This document shows positions 1 to 16,170 of a stretch of 64,000 nt of DNA, one piece after another (position 1 is the stretch's first letter; every line of letters begins with the position of its first letter). Below the pieces are notes generated by a model that saw only the letters and a program-made list of their open reading frames with translations, did not search any database and had not been told where the DNA came from. The translations under genes were made by a program, and so were the position numbers. The DNA lies in the NCBI RefSeq assembly GCF_009914755.1, contig NC_060930.1; one strand, given 5' to 3'. The DNA comes from the human T2T-CHM13v2.0 reference genome, Homo sapiens.

Positions 1-364
1 ATGTCTTTGAACATGAGTTCAAAACTGGTAAAATTACCACTTTCAATAATATATTAACCTCCTAATTGTTATTAGTTATTCTCACAATCCTCTTAAAGCA
101 AAGAATGACATTGGGGCCCAATTCTTTTATTCAACTTTGAGACACAATTATTTTTAAAACTTTGCTCAAGTTCAACCCACTTCAGGTGTAATCTAACCCT
201 TTAAAATACATCCTAAGAAGCAATTTATCTGCTTAAAAACAAAAACTGGGCCGAATCCTTTTTATTATATCATGTAAAATCAAACTATGTAACCACTTGA
301 AAATAAGTAGAAGTAGGTAAAAGTAAGGAAATCTCACAGAAACACCAATGATAAAAGTACTGGA

Positions 365-845
365 GGCTGGATGCAATAGGTTATGCCTATAATCCCAGCA
401 CTTTAGGAGGTCAAGGCTGGAGGATTGTTTGACCCCAGTGAGACAGCCAAGTATAAAGGGGTTTCCCGAGAACCTTCGACTGGCCTGTGCACAGGGAGGT
501 GTGTGCACTGTGGTGCAGCCATGAATTTCACACCATTTGCAGAGCGGAGGATTCTGGCTTCCCCTGTTCTGGGGTGGTAACTGGGAATTCAACCTATGAG
601 GCAGGAAGCCTACCAGCAGAACTCTCACTTTGCTGAGAGTCCCTGTTTCCCTTTTTATTTCCTTTTTGCCCAATAAACCCTGCCCTTCTCACCCTTCAAA
701 GTGTCTGCGAGCCTAATCTTTCATGGTTGTGTGACAAGAACCTGGCTTTTAGCTGAACTAAGGAGAAAGTCCTACACCACCAGGAGTTCAAGATCACCCT
801 GGACAACAGAGTGAAACCCCATCTCTTTTAAAAAATAAAATATAA
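365..845 (+). mobile_element. Alu left monomer (FLAM_C/AluJ-like), split by an LTR insertion
   Basis: tgcctataatcccagcactttaggagg...gacccca resumes at 780 as ccaggagttcaag...; A-rich tail. Confidence 0.85.
439..779 (+). mobile_element. ERV1 solo LTR (MER48-like)
   Basis: TG...CA ends, 4-bp TSD ccag (435-438, 780-783), AATAAA near 672. Confidence 0.8.
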
Positions 846-870
846 AAATTATTTTTTAAAAAAAGTACTT

Positions 871-1178
<308 letters not shown>

Positions 1179-1801
1179 TTATTAAGCTCTGATTATTTAA
1201 TTTGTACAGTCATGTGCTAGATGCTGCTCATGCATTAAATATTCATTTTCACAGCAACCCCGTGAAGGTGGTGCTGTTCTTACAAATGAAGACCACTGCC
1301 CTGGCATCTGCCGCTGTGGCTGCTGTTGACTGCTCTGTTGGCAGCTGCCACTCCATTGCTCACGGGTGGCTGCCGTGCTGCCCCCAACCTCCTCTGGACA
1401 CCCCCATCTCACCGCACCCCACCACCAACACACACACACCTCTTTCTGCTCATTGATGAGGACTTTCCATAGTGGCACACACTTTGCTGTGAGCATTGCT
1501 TGGGGAACAGAGAGCACGGGGGGTCTAGGTCAGCGACGCCTGCACAAGGATCTGCTGCCTCTTCCCACACTGCTAGACTTCTTGGCTCATCTTGGCTTTT
1601 GCCAGCAGCCCCATGGCTCTCCCTCCAGTCCAGCCTTTTGTGGATCTGAGTCCATCAGCTAAGTCTGTACATGTCTAAGCTAAAACTGCAGAGAAATTTA
1701 GCCTCTCTTGCCCAGGGCTTTGGGACTCTTGCAATACTCCTGGTCATGCCTCTGTCCTGAACTGTCTGGAGCTCTCTGACAGCCAGGAGGTGACTGCCTG
1801 T

Positions 1802-1882
1802 CACACACATGTGCACACGCACACACACACACACACACATGCGTACACACACACACACACGCGCACACACACACACACACAC
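1802..1882. repeat. Compound (CA)n/(CG) alternating purine-pyrimidine microsatellite
   Basis: Direct reading. Confidence 0.95.
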
Positions 1883-2493
1883 TCTTAGCAGTTGGCTGGC
1901 CGCCATCTAATGTAGCAGGTCATGTTAGCACACTGTCTTCCCTGACACTGTTCAAAATATTAGTCCCAAATTATTAGCTATATGAAGGAGCTGACAGCTA
2001 CTACTCTCAAACTTCTCAGTGTTCTGAGTCTAAATATGCTGTGGGCTCTGTGCATACATTTCATGAGGATAAAGGAAGCACAGGGAGATAGGGAAGAAAG
2101 GAACAAAACAGGAATGAAGGGAAAGGAGCCCTTTTGGGCAAGCAGATTCCAAGGGGTGCTCTTGTTGGGTTTTGACCACCCAGAGGGCACCAAGAGGACA
2201 GGAACACCAGAGGCAGGGGAAGAGCTGCTATAAGAAGAGGATGTAAAGAAGACAAGGGAGTGTGAAACACAAAAGTCACTTCTCGGATCCACCGTTGCCT
2301 TCTCTGCTTCTCCTAGAGGCCAGCGCCACATCTTTTCACCTGTTTAGCCCACCCTCAACTCCACCGCATGCCCTAGAAACTCCCAGGCTAGAGATTCATT
2401 TTTGGCAACTACCAACACCCAGGAAAAACTCTGTCTGTATCTCTCCTTGACCAAAACGTATGTACCACCTAAAATGTTGTTAAAATGAATATC

Positions 2494-2963
<470 letters not shown>

Positions 2964-2971
2964 TCATTACA

Positions 2972-3284
2972 TTTCTTTTTTTCTTTTCTTTTCTCTCTCT
3001 CTCTTTTTTTTAAATAGGGTCTCACTCTGTCACCCAGCCTGGCATGATCATGGCTCGCTACAGTTGCAACCTCCCCAGGCTCAGGTGATCCTCCTGCCTC
3101 AGCCTCACTGAGTAGCTGGGACTGCAGACACACACCACCACACCTAGCTAATGTTTGTATTTTTTGTAAAGACGGGGTTTCACCATGTTGCCTGGACTGG
3201 TCTTGCACTCCTGGGCTCATGCAATCCACCCACCTCAGCCTCCCAAAGTGCTGGGATTACAGATGTGAGCCACCGCGCCCAGCC
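2972..3284 (-). mobile_element. AluJ
   Basis: Antisense dimer, TSD ccaaagtcattac. Confidence 0.88.
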
Positions 3285-4626
3285 CAAAGTCATTACCTTT
3301 CTAGGTGTTTGGTCCTTCTGGCTTGTAGCAGGTTCCTGACTCAGCACCCCTACCATGAGCATATTTTAAACCCCAGGTTGACGTGCAGGTCTGGCAATGC
3401 TATTGGGCAGCCTACATTCAGGGCTCATGGTCACCATGTCCTCACTCTGATTGTGGCTCTGCCAATAACTACAGCATCTATTCCACTTTTAAGAAAACTA
3501 TGTTGCTTTGACATTTACAAATGCATATTTGCATTGTTGTAAGCTTAAAAATGCAAAAGAAAAAGTTAATAGAGGAAAACAAAAATCACCATCATCCCCA
3601 GGTCCACAGGTACCCACTGTGAACTCATTGTGCATTTCCTGTCCACTTTCTTCTATTCATTTTGAAAATTTGTAACATAACAAGGGTCATTCTGTACATA
3701 CAGTTTTGTGTCTGCAAGGCCTAGTCTTAGAGCTCTGCATGGACGGGGATGACAGCTAATATTTTGGCTGCTTGAGAAGTCACATTTAGATCCTTGCATC
3801 ACAGTAGAGGCCCTGACATTCCACTAACTTTATTAGGCATGGATGAGATTTTGGACAGCACTCTAATGAGCCGCAGTGCTCTGAAGAGCATTCTTTTCTT
3901 ATCTCAGCTGTTGAGCGTGAGGTCCCAGGGTGCAGAACAATGTGAAAGTCCACATGAACATTTTCAGTGTTTGAAAACCAGCATATAAAGCACAGAAGTG
4001 CTTCTAAGAACAAGGTCAGGAACACTTTTGAGGTTCAATGGGTAGGGTTATCCAAAATAGTTTATTTCATCATTTAGCATTTCTATGTTCTTTTAAATAA
4101 AAGCTACATAAATGGCAGAATGCAAAGATTGTTTCAACTAAAAATTCACTGTTAGTTAAAAAAAAATGTCAGATTCAGGATCCTCTGGCTCAATTTCAGA
4201 GAACTATAAAAACTTTTTCTAAGAAAACATTTTGAGAACACGTCACAAAATATCTTGTAATAAGCTTTCAGATACACCCCATTTTGATGTAACGATTTCC
4301 CAAGTGGTCCCCAAAATGTCTTTGCAGAGTTGGTTCCTAGAGAACCTCTTAATCAAAACTTAAACTAAATGTAAGTCAGCAGTTTCACTTTGACTTTGCA
4401 AACATTTCATGAGTCATAGTCAATTATATAATCTCGAATCAAGAGGGCATTGTTATTTGTTCATTGAAGAAACAGACTGTGCCCTGCTAATTCAACTGAA
4501 AAATGACTCAAACCCAAAGAAAGCAAAGAAAATGGAGAGCAATCTTCCTTTAAAGAGAGAAGAATGGTTAAGAGTCTCTTCTTTCAGCAGAGAATGAGTA
4601 ACTCTTATATAGGTTACCAACATTAT

Positions 4627-4963
<337 letters not shown>

Positions 4964-5301
4964 CTAAGGAAGAAGAATGCCAATGTTCCTCTTTATCCCA
5001 GGATGTTAACCCAAAGAGTTTAGGAAATACTGCTATTTCTTTCACAAATCAGTTGTGAATCATTCATGCCTTAAAATCCTGTTGTCAGTGGTTAGCATCC
5101 TAAAGCCCCTCTCGGTCCTCCCATGAGTGCTTTATTAAGCTGGGATAAAGCTACTCCATGCCCAACAATAAGCAAGGCTCTGTGCAGCTGAGAGAAGAGA
5201 CCAGGGGACAATTGCTGAGAGCCTAGGGGAGGTGGGCGGGTCCACACTTAGCAGTTTCACTTGGGCTGCAGGGCATACTTTCATTCAAAGAAAGAGTCTT
5301 T

Positions 5302-5722
5302 CATGGAATCAACCCAAATGCCCATCAATGACAGACTGGATAAAGAAAATGTGGCACATATATATCATGGAATACTACGCAGTCATAAAAAGGAATGAGA
5401 TCATGTCCTTTGCAGGGACATAGATGAAGCTGGAAACCATTATCCTTAGCAAACACTGCATGCCCTCACTTATAAGTGGGAGCTGAACGATGAGAAAACA
5501 TGGACACATGAAGGGGCACAACACACACTGACTAGGGCTTCTAGGGGAGGTGTGGGTACTGAGAACATCGGGAAAAACAGCTAATGCATGCTGGGCTTAA
5601 TACCTAGGTGATGGGTTGATAGGTGCAGCAAACCACCGTGGCACACATTTACCTATGTAACCAACCTGCACATCCTGCACATGTATCCTGGAACTTAAAA
5701 CGAAATAAAATAAAAAATTAAA
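5302..5722 (+). mobile_element. L1PA 3' end (5'-truncated LINE-1)
   Basis: catggaatcaacccaaatgcccatca...aacctgcacatcctgcacatgtatcctggaacttaaa; ORF2 C-terminus WNQPKCPSMTDWIKKMWHIY. Confidence 0.92.
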
Positions 5723-6274
5723 GATGGGTTGATGGATGGATAGAGGGATGGATAAAAGGACTGATAAGCAATAAAGCAAATACCATAAAATGTTTAAAAA
5801 AAGAAAAGAAAAAAGAAAGTAGTCTATGACTTAAAAAAAAAAACTTGGAAAACTGTGAATCTATACTCTTCAATTTTGCAAAAATTTAGCAATTCTGTGC
5901 CCGAATCATGTATAACATTCATCAGTTGGCATATTACTTTAAAAATGAAACCCCGAAGTGAATGAAGACTTCACCTCACCAGTCATTTTCCAAGCCCCAT
6001 GCATGGAGGAAGCATTTCTCCCATGACTGCGAACGGTGTTTTGTCTTCCCTCCCAAAAGGAAAGAACAATTACTTTACAACTTCATGAAAGCTGAAATGC
6101 AGGCAGACCTCTTTGTGGGTAAAGTCTAAAGCAGATGCAATTTTAGGTTAAACATAGAGTGTTATTACTTATTCTGATTCTTCAACTGAGCCTCTGAAAA
6201 TATTTATTTTCTATTTGTTTAAATGTAGGTATTGAGAGACATGGCTTCCTTTTTTCTTTCTTTGTTAAACAAAT

Positions 6275-6608
6275 GCTCAGATGTGATGGCTCATGCCTGT
6301 AATCTCAGAATTTTAGGAAGCTGAGGCAGGAGGATCGCTTCAGGCCAAGAGTTCCAGACCTGCCTGGGCAACATATGATGACCCACGTCTCTACAGAAAA
6401 ATGTAAAAATTAGCCAGGCATGGTAGCGTGCACTGTAGTACTTAGCTACTTGAGAGGCTGAGGTGGGAGGATCCCTTGAGTTTGGGAGTTTAAGGATACA
6501 TTGAACTATGATGACAACAGTGCACTCCAGCCTGGGTGACACAGTAAGACCCTGTGTCTAAAAACAACAAAAAAACACTAACAATATCAATAACAACAAC
6601 AAAAAAAG
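6275..6608 (+). mobile_element. AluJ
   Basis: Diverged dimer with A/C-rich tail. Confidence 0.85.
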
Positions 6609-8329
6609 AAGCAAAGTAGATTTTTCCGCCACCCCCCAAAAAACATAAAGTCCAACACGTAAACACCAGATTCCCCATGGGCTTTGAAGAAACAGACATT
6701 TTATGCCCCTTAGCAAATTACTCTTGGATGAAATTGGCAGCACTCTACTTCTTTAGGTAAGTAAATAAAGATTGTTATATTTGAAAACAATGGCTTTTAT
6801 TGTTATGAACTAGGAGTGGCTTTAATGGAGAAGTTGCCCTGTTACTTGACCACTGAAAAGGAAGAGCTACAGACCAGCTATTCTAAACCCAAAGTAATTA
6901 TTTTGTTAGACTTAGCTCCACATTTAAGTGGCTTATAATCAATAAATCTATAAAACAAGTTAACTCGGCCACTTACTAAAGCATATTTTACAGTCAATTA
7001 TCTTGGCACATACACCCAAAAGTTATATTAATCACCCTTAAAATATTACATATATGCTGTATTTAAATTTTAGAGTTGAAATCAACATGTAGTTACACCT
7101 GTTTAGATTTTCCAGGTTAAAATCATTGTTGTCGTAGTCTATGGTCTACATGTGTATCCCTGATCCCTCACATTATAGTTTGGACTCAGCTGAGATATGA
7201 GGAAGGAATGATGAGGGAAGGGACCAGCATTCTTACGTGGATCGTCATCTCCTGGGGCCATGCACTGGTAGGATCTAGAGGTTTGTGATGTTCCCAAACG
7301 GTCATGAGACTCTTGGGCACAAGGGTTGAGGCTATCTGATCCAGGCACCCCATAAACCTTGAAATATTAGCATGGTGTTTTGTTAAATGTGTCTGTGTGT
7401 GTACCGTTCTCCAGGCTACGAAAGCACTTGTTTAATCTGCAGCATAGAACAGGCTGCATTCTTATTTAATGCTAGGAACACTTAAATCCAACTGGCTGGT
7501 TCTCAATCCGTGTCAAAGGCTCAGTTACAATAAACAGTATTTATATAATATTCTTAAAGGTACACCTATTACTCTATATTCCAGAGTTATTTATTGAGTC
7601 CTGGGACTTCGGGGGATCATGATCACTGAAATTGTGTGGATAATTTAACGTGATATGTGCATTTACAGCTTTCATCATAGTCTCAAATTGAACCAGGACA
7701 TATAAAAAGTAAGAATCACTAATCTACATTTTAAGATTAAGTATCTCAAAGGAGGTAGTACTAATAAGTAAAAATAAATAATACCTTATACTCTCAAAAG
7801 GTTAAAAAAATTATACTAAATATTTTAAATCTAGATTCTAATTGAAGGCTTGAAGGCATTTGGAATGGAATAAACAGCGTGGTGCCTGAGATTTACGATG
7901 TGTTGGTTATGACATCTATTTGAGCGCTCATGGAGTTTTGCTGATTTGCTGATTCCTTGTTGTGTGCTGGATGTGTGAGTTTATAGATAGACAACTTCCA
8001 AATAAATGAGATTCAACTACACTTCATTTTCTGTGGAAACCATCCAGAGAGTTCTCATTGCTCACATTTGTGGATCTATATACCAATGCAAAGAAATGTT
8101 TATTCCAGTCTTTATCTGACAGCTAGCTTCTGTTATTGAGTTAAATCTCCTGAATCCAGTAACAGAAACATTTATAGACCTTGACTCCACAAACCACTAG
8201 GTTCTGCTGTCAGAAATCTCTGAGTCACGCTCACTTCGAGAGGCAGCAAAACCAAATTTGCCCACTTCCTCTTTCTTGTGTGCTTTATTTGTCTCATTTA
8301 GTTGTAACCACATGATATGGTGGGGGGAG

Positions 8330-8850
<521 letters not shown>

Positions 8851-8892
8851 TATTTCTTATCCTTTCCCACCTTCCTTTATTTTGTGTATTGA

Positions 8893-9356
<464 letters not shown>

Positions 9357-9584
9357 TCATTTGATTACTGGTGTACATATCCATCAGCTCTCAGAACACG
9401 AGAGGGTTGTTTTCTGCAAAACCTCTCCAATTTTAACGACATAATACAGGACGGGGAGAGACAAGAATGGCTCATTCACCCTTCTCCTTTTTATCATTTG
9501 TTTTGAAGAGAACTAACACAAAAAGAGAATGATTCTCATACATTCTTCTGTAACAACTATTGCCCTACTCTTAAACGTACTCCT

Positions 9585-9878
9585 GGCTAGGCACAGTGGC
9601 TCATGCCTGTAATTCCAGCACTTTGAGAGACCAAGGCAGGAGGATTGCTTGAGTCCAGGAGTTCAAGACTAGCCTGGACAACAAAGTGAGACCTTCTCTC
9701 TGCAAAAAAATTAAAAAATTAACGAGGCATGTTGGTGCACCTGTGGCCCTAATTACATGCGAGGCTGAGTCAGGACAATTGCTTGAGCCCGGGAGGTCAA
9801 GGCTGCAGTGAGTCATGATTGTGCCACTGCACTCCAGCCTGAGCAAGAGAGCAAGACGTCTCAAATAAAAAAAATAAA
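9585..9878 (+). mobile_element. AluJ
   Basis: Dimer, TSD-like aaa(c/t)g(t/c)actcct. Confidence 0.87.
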
Positions 9879-9890
9879 ATGCACTCCTTA

Positions 9891-10205
<315 letters not shown>

Positions 10206-10742
10206 TATACTTTAAAAATACATCAATAAGCAGCTTCACCAGGATAGAACAAAAGTCTGCTCTTCCTTAAAGAGTATAGTATTCGTGCCAATTTTTTCAG
10301 ACTTTATTCATGTTGAGAATACTTCCTGAAATCACTCTCTTTTTCAATTTTGTGTGATGCAATTTAATAGACAGATAAACTTAGCATGAATTATTACAGG
10401 AAGGGTTGGCATCTCATTCATCTGTGTTCCCAACTCATAGCCCATCACTTAGGACACTAGTAAACATTGAATAAATGAATAAAAGAAGACATCACCATTT
10501 ATATATTCTGAATGAAGGTTTGCTTGTATGAGTTGATTCTGGATCTGATATGTAAGTATTTGGATCAAAAGCCAGAGATCCTGAAAAGCAAGAGGCCAAT
10601 ATGACCAAATCCATAGACAGTCAGTTACCTATTGAAGGCTCTCTGCTGACCTAATAACACCATGCTCAGTTCATACCTGGGAAATTTCCTGCCTGTATCT
10701 CCAGTTTGGAAAAAGAAAAAAAAATCATCATCTGCATTTCTA

Positions 10743-11127
<385 letters not shown>

Positions 11128-11523
11128 TCAGCCCCCTCCATCTCAGAGTTTACCCAGTCAGGTGTCTGTCTTGGGACAAAAAACCAGTAGGAGGTCAATA
11201 GGCTGGTGCATGTCATCTGCTTTTCAGTGATTTGAGCTCCCTTTCTCCTTCCCCTGCTGTTCCCACTCCATCAGTAATTCTACCATGCATTCTTCTCTGT
11301 GCATTTGTCCATTTCCACAGCAATCTTTCAGGCCCTCCTATGCTCATTCTTCTGCCTGTATCTCTGTCTTCTGCCTCCTGCTGTACCTGTCTATCCTACA
11401 TACACAAGCATATACTACCAGAATAATCTTTCACAAAAATCACATCTCACTGGTTTAAAAACAAAAATCACTAATAGTTCTCCATCCTGGGCTTTCCTTT
11501 TCAACCACTGAAACTACCCCCAG

Positions 11524-12054
11524 TGTGATGGTTAATATTATGTGTCAACTGGATTGGATTGAAGGATGCAAAGTATTGTTCCTGGGTGTGACTGTCAGGG
11601 AGATCAACTTTGAGTCAGTGGACTGGGAGAGGCAGACCCACCTTCAATACGGGTGGGCACCATCCAATCAGCTGCCAGTGGAGCTGGAATAAAGCAGGCA
11701 GAAGAAGGTGGGAGAAATGGACTTGCTGAGGCTTCTGGCCTCCATCTTTCTCCCATGCTGGATGCTTCCAGCCCTCAAATATCAGACTCCAAGTTCTTCA
11801 GCTCTTGGACCTTTGGACTTACACCAGTGGTTTACCAAGGGCTCTTGGGCCTTTGGCCACTGTCTAAGGGCCGCATTGTCGGCTTCTCTACTTTTGAGGT
11901 TTTGGGACTTGGACTGACTTCCTTGCTCCTCAACTTGCAGAGGGCCTATTGTGGGACTTCACCTTGCGATCGTGTGAGTCAATTCTCCTTAAAAACCTCC
12001 CTTTCATATAGACATATATCTTATTAGCTCTTTCTTCTAGAGAACCCTAATACA
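11524..12054 (+). mobile_element. ERVL solo LTR (MLT2A-like)
   Basis: tgtgatggttaatatt...gaaggatgcaaagtattgttcctgggtgtg...agaaccctaataca; 5-bp TSD (c/t)ccag. Confidence 0.88.
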
Positions 12055-12299
12055 TCCAGCTTCCTTCTCCTGCCTGCCCACCCCGACATCTAACTCTGGA
12101 AGTCACCCCACGTCACTTACATTAACCTCATCAGTGCTTGGCTTCTCATAATTTACTAACATTTGAGCAGATCTATCCAGAACCCCCTACCTTGTCTTCT
12201 CACTCAAGCTTGCTTCCTTTAATTCTTTAAAAATATAAACTTTCAGAGACAGAATGACCTCGAGTTAGAGTCTAACAGTGCAGCACAATCCTTTCATTT

Positions 12300-12482
12300 C
12301 TTTTTTTTTTTAGTTTGAATTGTTTGCTTTATTTTGTTTTAATTTATTTTTATTGATTTATTTTGTAGAGACAGGGTCTCTCTATGTTGCGAGGCTGGCC
12401 TCGAACTCCTGCGTTCAAGGTATCCTCCTGCCTCAGTCTCCCAAAGTGTTGGGATTACAGGCATGAGCCACTGTGCCCAGCC
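12300..12482 (-). mobile_element. Alu monomer (FLAM_C-like)
   Basis: Antisense left arm with T-rich tail. Confidence 0.8.
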
Positions 12483-12885
12483 CATTAATAGTCAAGAAAC
12501 TAAGACCCAGAGATGGCTCATGACACCCTGCTGTGAGAAAGTTCTCAGGGTCAATGCACCCTTACCCTATGGGCCCCCTAGGAAAGAGCACACACAGCCA
12601 GGGCAGAGGACAGGGAGGATGGATACTGTGCAGCGCCTACCAGCAGCCAGGCTCTGTCCCAGTGCCTTCGTAGGTTTCTTGTGGTTCTCATGAGCCCAGT
12701 TGATGACTCTGAAACTCAAAAAGTTAAGGAACTTGCTCAAAGTCAGACATCTAGCCAATGCCCAGACCCAGCTCTTGGACTGAATCTCATTTTTTTTGTA
12801 TATCTCACTTCCCTTAACCTGCACCTGCTATAACATTCACATTTGTATTCATGCCCCTCTGTGCAGTTTGCTGTGTGTGAGTGGT

Positions 12886-13535
12886 TGTATCAGTTTGCCA
12901 GGCAGCCATCACAAAATACCGCAGACTGGGTGGCTTCCGCAACAGACATTCATCCGCTCACAGTTCTGAGGCCAGAGTCTGAGATCAAGGTGCCACAGGT
13001 TTGGTTTTAGGGCCCATACTAATGACCTCATTTTAACTTAATTACTTTTCTAAAGGCCCTGCCTATCTCCAAATACAATCTGATATGGTTTGGCTCTGTG
13101 TCCCCACCCAAATCTCATCTTGTAGCTCCCATAATTCCCATGTGTTGTGGGAGGGACCCGGTGGGACATGACTGAATCATGGGGTGGGGTCTTTCCTGTG
13201 CTGTTCTCATGATAGTGAATGGGTCTCATGAGATCTGATAGTTTTTAAAATGGGGGTTTCTCTGCACAAGCTCTCTCTTTGCCTGCCGCCATCCATGTAA
13301 GACGTGACTTGCTCCTCCTTGCCTTCCGCCATGGTTGTGAGGCTTCCCCAGCCACATGCAACTGTGAGTTCTCCATTAAACCACTTTCCTTTGTAAATTG
13401 ACCAGTCTCGGGTATGTTTTTATCAGCAGTGTGAAAACGGACTAATACACAGTCACATTCTGATGTACTGGGGTTAGGACTTCAGCATATGAATAGGGGT
13501 AGGAGGTGTGGAGAGACACAGTTTAAGCCTATAAC
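12886..13535 (-). mobile_element. MaLR LTR (MLT1A/B-like), interrupted by THE1
   Basis: acaaaataccgcagactgggtggctt...ctcacagttctg...atgacctcattttaacttaattac...ggggttaggacttcagcatatgaat. Confidence 0.7.
13081..13449 (+). mobile_element. THE1 (MaLR) solo LTR
   Basis: tgatatggtttggctctgtgtccccacccaaatctcatc...gaaaacggactaataca; TSD ca(a/g)tc. Confidence 0.92.
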
Positions 13536-14100
13536 CGTGGTCCAGAACTGTCTTTTATTTCTGTTTTCCTTAATCCCATACCCGCCAAGTAGTCTCTTTC
13601 ATCAAATTATAATAAAATCACACAAATACTAGACAATTTATTTAGATTTCGACTTTTTCACAGATGTGCATTTAATGTGAAAAGCATCTAGATGTACATT
13701 CACCATCTTTATTGCTAACTATACCCTACTCTTTGCTTCAAACACTCATCAAAAACAGAGTAAAAATGAATGTGTGCTCACAGCACTGAGTGCCTCCTCT
13801 GTGTACTGTTAGACGACTGAGCTGCCCTTTCCAACTTGGCATCCTCACATCCGCCCACTGACAAATAGTCACAACCAGCAAGCAAACAGAAAACTTCCCA
13901 GGAGGCTCTCACCACTGAAAAGAAGAAAGGTAAGGGGTGGCTTGAACGTTGCCCCTTTAAATAAAAACAGTTCTCCAGCAGTCTCAGCAATTTTTAGGGG
14001 GAGAGGGATGTAAACAGACAGTAGTAAATAGTGGAAAGAAACTAGAACAGGGTGAAAGGGGCCAAAAGATATGATTAATTTACTTATGTCCTTTCTGTGA

Positions 14101-14372
14101 TCTAAGCTGGCGTGCAGTGGTGCAATCATGGCTGGCTGTAGCCTCAAGCTCCCAGGCTCAAGCGATCCTCAAACCCCAGCTTTCCAAGTAGCTGGGACTA
14201 TTGGTGCGTGCCACCATGCCCTGCTAATTTTTGTATTTTTTTGTAGAGATGTTTTGTTTTTTTTCGCAGTGTTGACCAGGTTAGTCTCCAACTCCTGAGC
14301 TCAGGTGATCTACCTGTCTCAGCCTCCCAAACAAACTACTGGGATTACAGGCTTGAGCCACCACACCTGGCC
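14101..14372 (-). mobile_element. AluJ lacking tail
   Basis: Antisense Alu body. Confidence 0.83.
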
Positions 14373-15645
14373 CTTTCTGAAATATTTTAATGAGGGCTCC
14401 ACATTTAAAATTATACCATCCAATTTATCTTTTTACAAAACTTATCCAGAAGCCAACCTTCTTTCCCAAGGCAATAGAGGTTTAACAGAGAACAAAGTAT
14501 TCTTTATATTAATTTCAGACATCCTGAGAATAAACATCGTTCTTTCAGCAAAGCCTATCTTTGCTGTTTAATTGAAATCAATGGTATTGACTAATAAAAC
14601 TAGCCATTACTTTGTGTGGCTTTTAGGGGAGTTTAACCTGAAACTGGGGATAAAACTAATTAATTTGTGTTGAAGGACTGTAAAAGAATCACGAATACAC
14701 AACCACTATTACAGCACAAAAGGAGTTAACATGCATTTGTAATTTCTAGATTCTTCATAAAATGATAATACTTTAGAATGTTCTCTTTGTTGTCAATTTT
14801 ACAGGATAATACTATTTTTCAATTTAAATTAGATGCGATAAGGTGTGACATCTGCAACTCAGGAACACAAGGACCGTCTGCTAAAAATGGTTTGCAGTTC
14901 TCATTTTAAAAGTGTAAACATCTACATTTGGTTTTTTTGTTTTTTTAAAAAGGAACTTCTTGCAAATATGTTAAGTCATCTTAGATGAGGACAGTTTTGT
15001 AAAGAGACATGGAGAAGGTCAATATTTGCTAAAATAAGTTGTCTCTTTTAAATAAGGTGATTTCTAAAAAAGAAGGGAAACTCACTTTTACTAAGTATCA
15101 TATACTCACTCTCTCCAGCTGTCACAGATAACTTTCCCTGAGCTGTCTGAGTCAAACTACCCATTACATGGTCTCAGAACGCCAATAACCGCTCATTCAC
15201 AGCCTTTATCAATATCACAAATTTGGATATATTTGTATGATTAAGATGAATATCTGTCCCCCCACTCTATGGTGGCAGGGCTCACCATCTAATGCCAGCA
15301 CACTACCTGAAGCACAACAGGAGCTCACAACATGTGTTTAATGACACCCAACCGATGGAAGAAACCAGCAGTTATTCTACCTTCACATCCCCAATACATC
15401 CTGCTGTCTCTTATTCAGCCATCTCACCGTGCTTCACAGAGCTGTTAGATACCATCCTTATATACCTGTTACCCTTCTCTTCCTATTGAAGACCAATCCC
15501 TTCATTATGCTGGGGAGGTGCCGCCCTCCTTGTTCTTGGAGAAGGCATATTTACTGTCTCTTCTCTGTCCTGTATTTTTTTTCATCTGCCCTGTATCTTT
15601 AGACAATTCCTCTCTACTTTCCTCTTTGATCCACAATCTTTGTGA

Positions 15646-16038
<393 letters not shown>

Positions 16039-16170
16039 TAGTCAACCTTTGTAAAAGAAGTCTGTTCCTACTGCTCCAATTCTTACCACACAGTCAGCTC
16101 TCCAAGACCTAATAATACAAGTGGAGCTCAACCTCAGCTGAATCAAGATGCCCACATCAAAACTGCCAGG

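Noticed and set aside
7205-7342. C/D box snoRNA (ATGATGA 7208, CTGA 7336, gga/tcc stem)
   Set aside because: Only a 3-bp stem and no recognised rRNA or snRNA guide; such box pairs are expected by chance in 64 kb.
13340-13356. PRDM9 hotspot motif in the THE1 LTR
   Set aside because: Reads cttccccagccac, which does not fit CCNCCNTNNCCNC.
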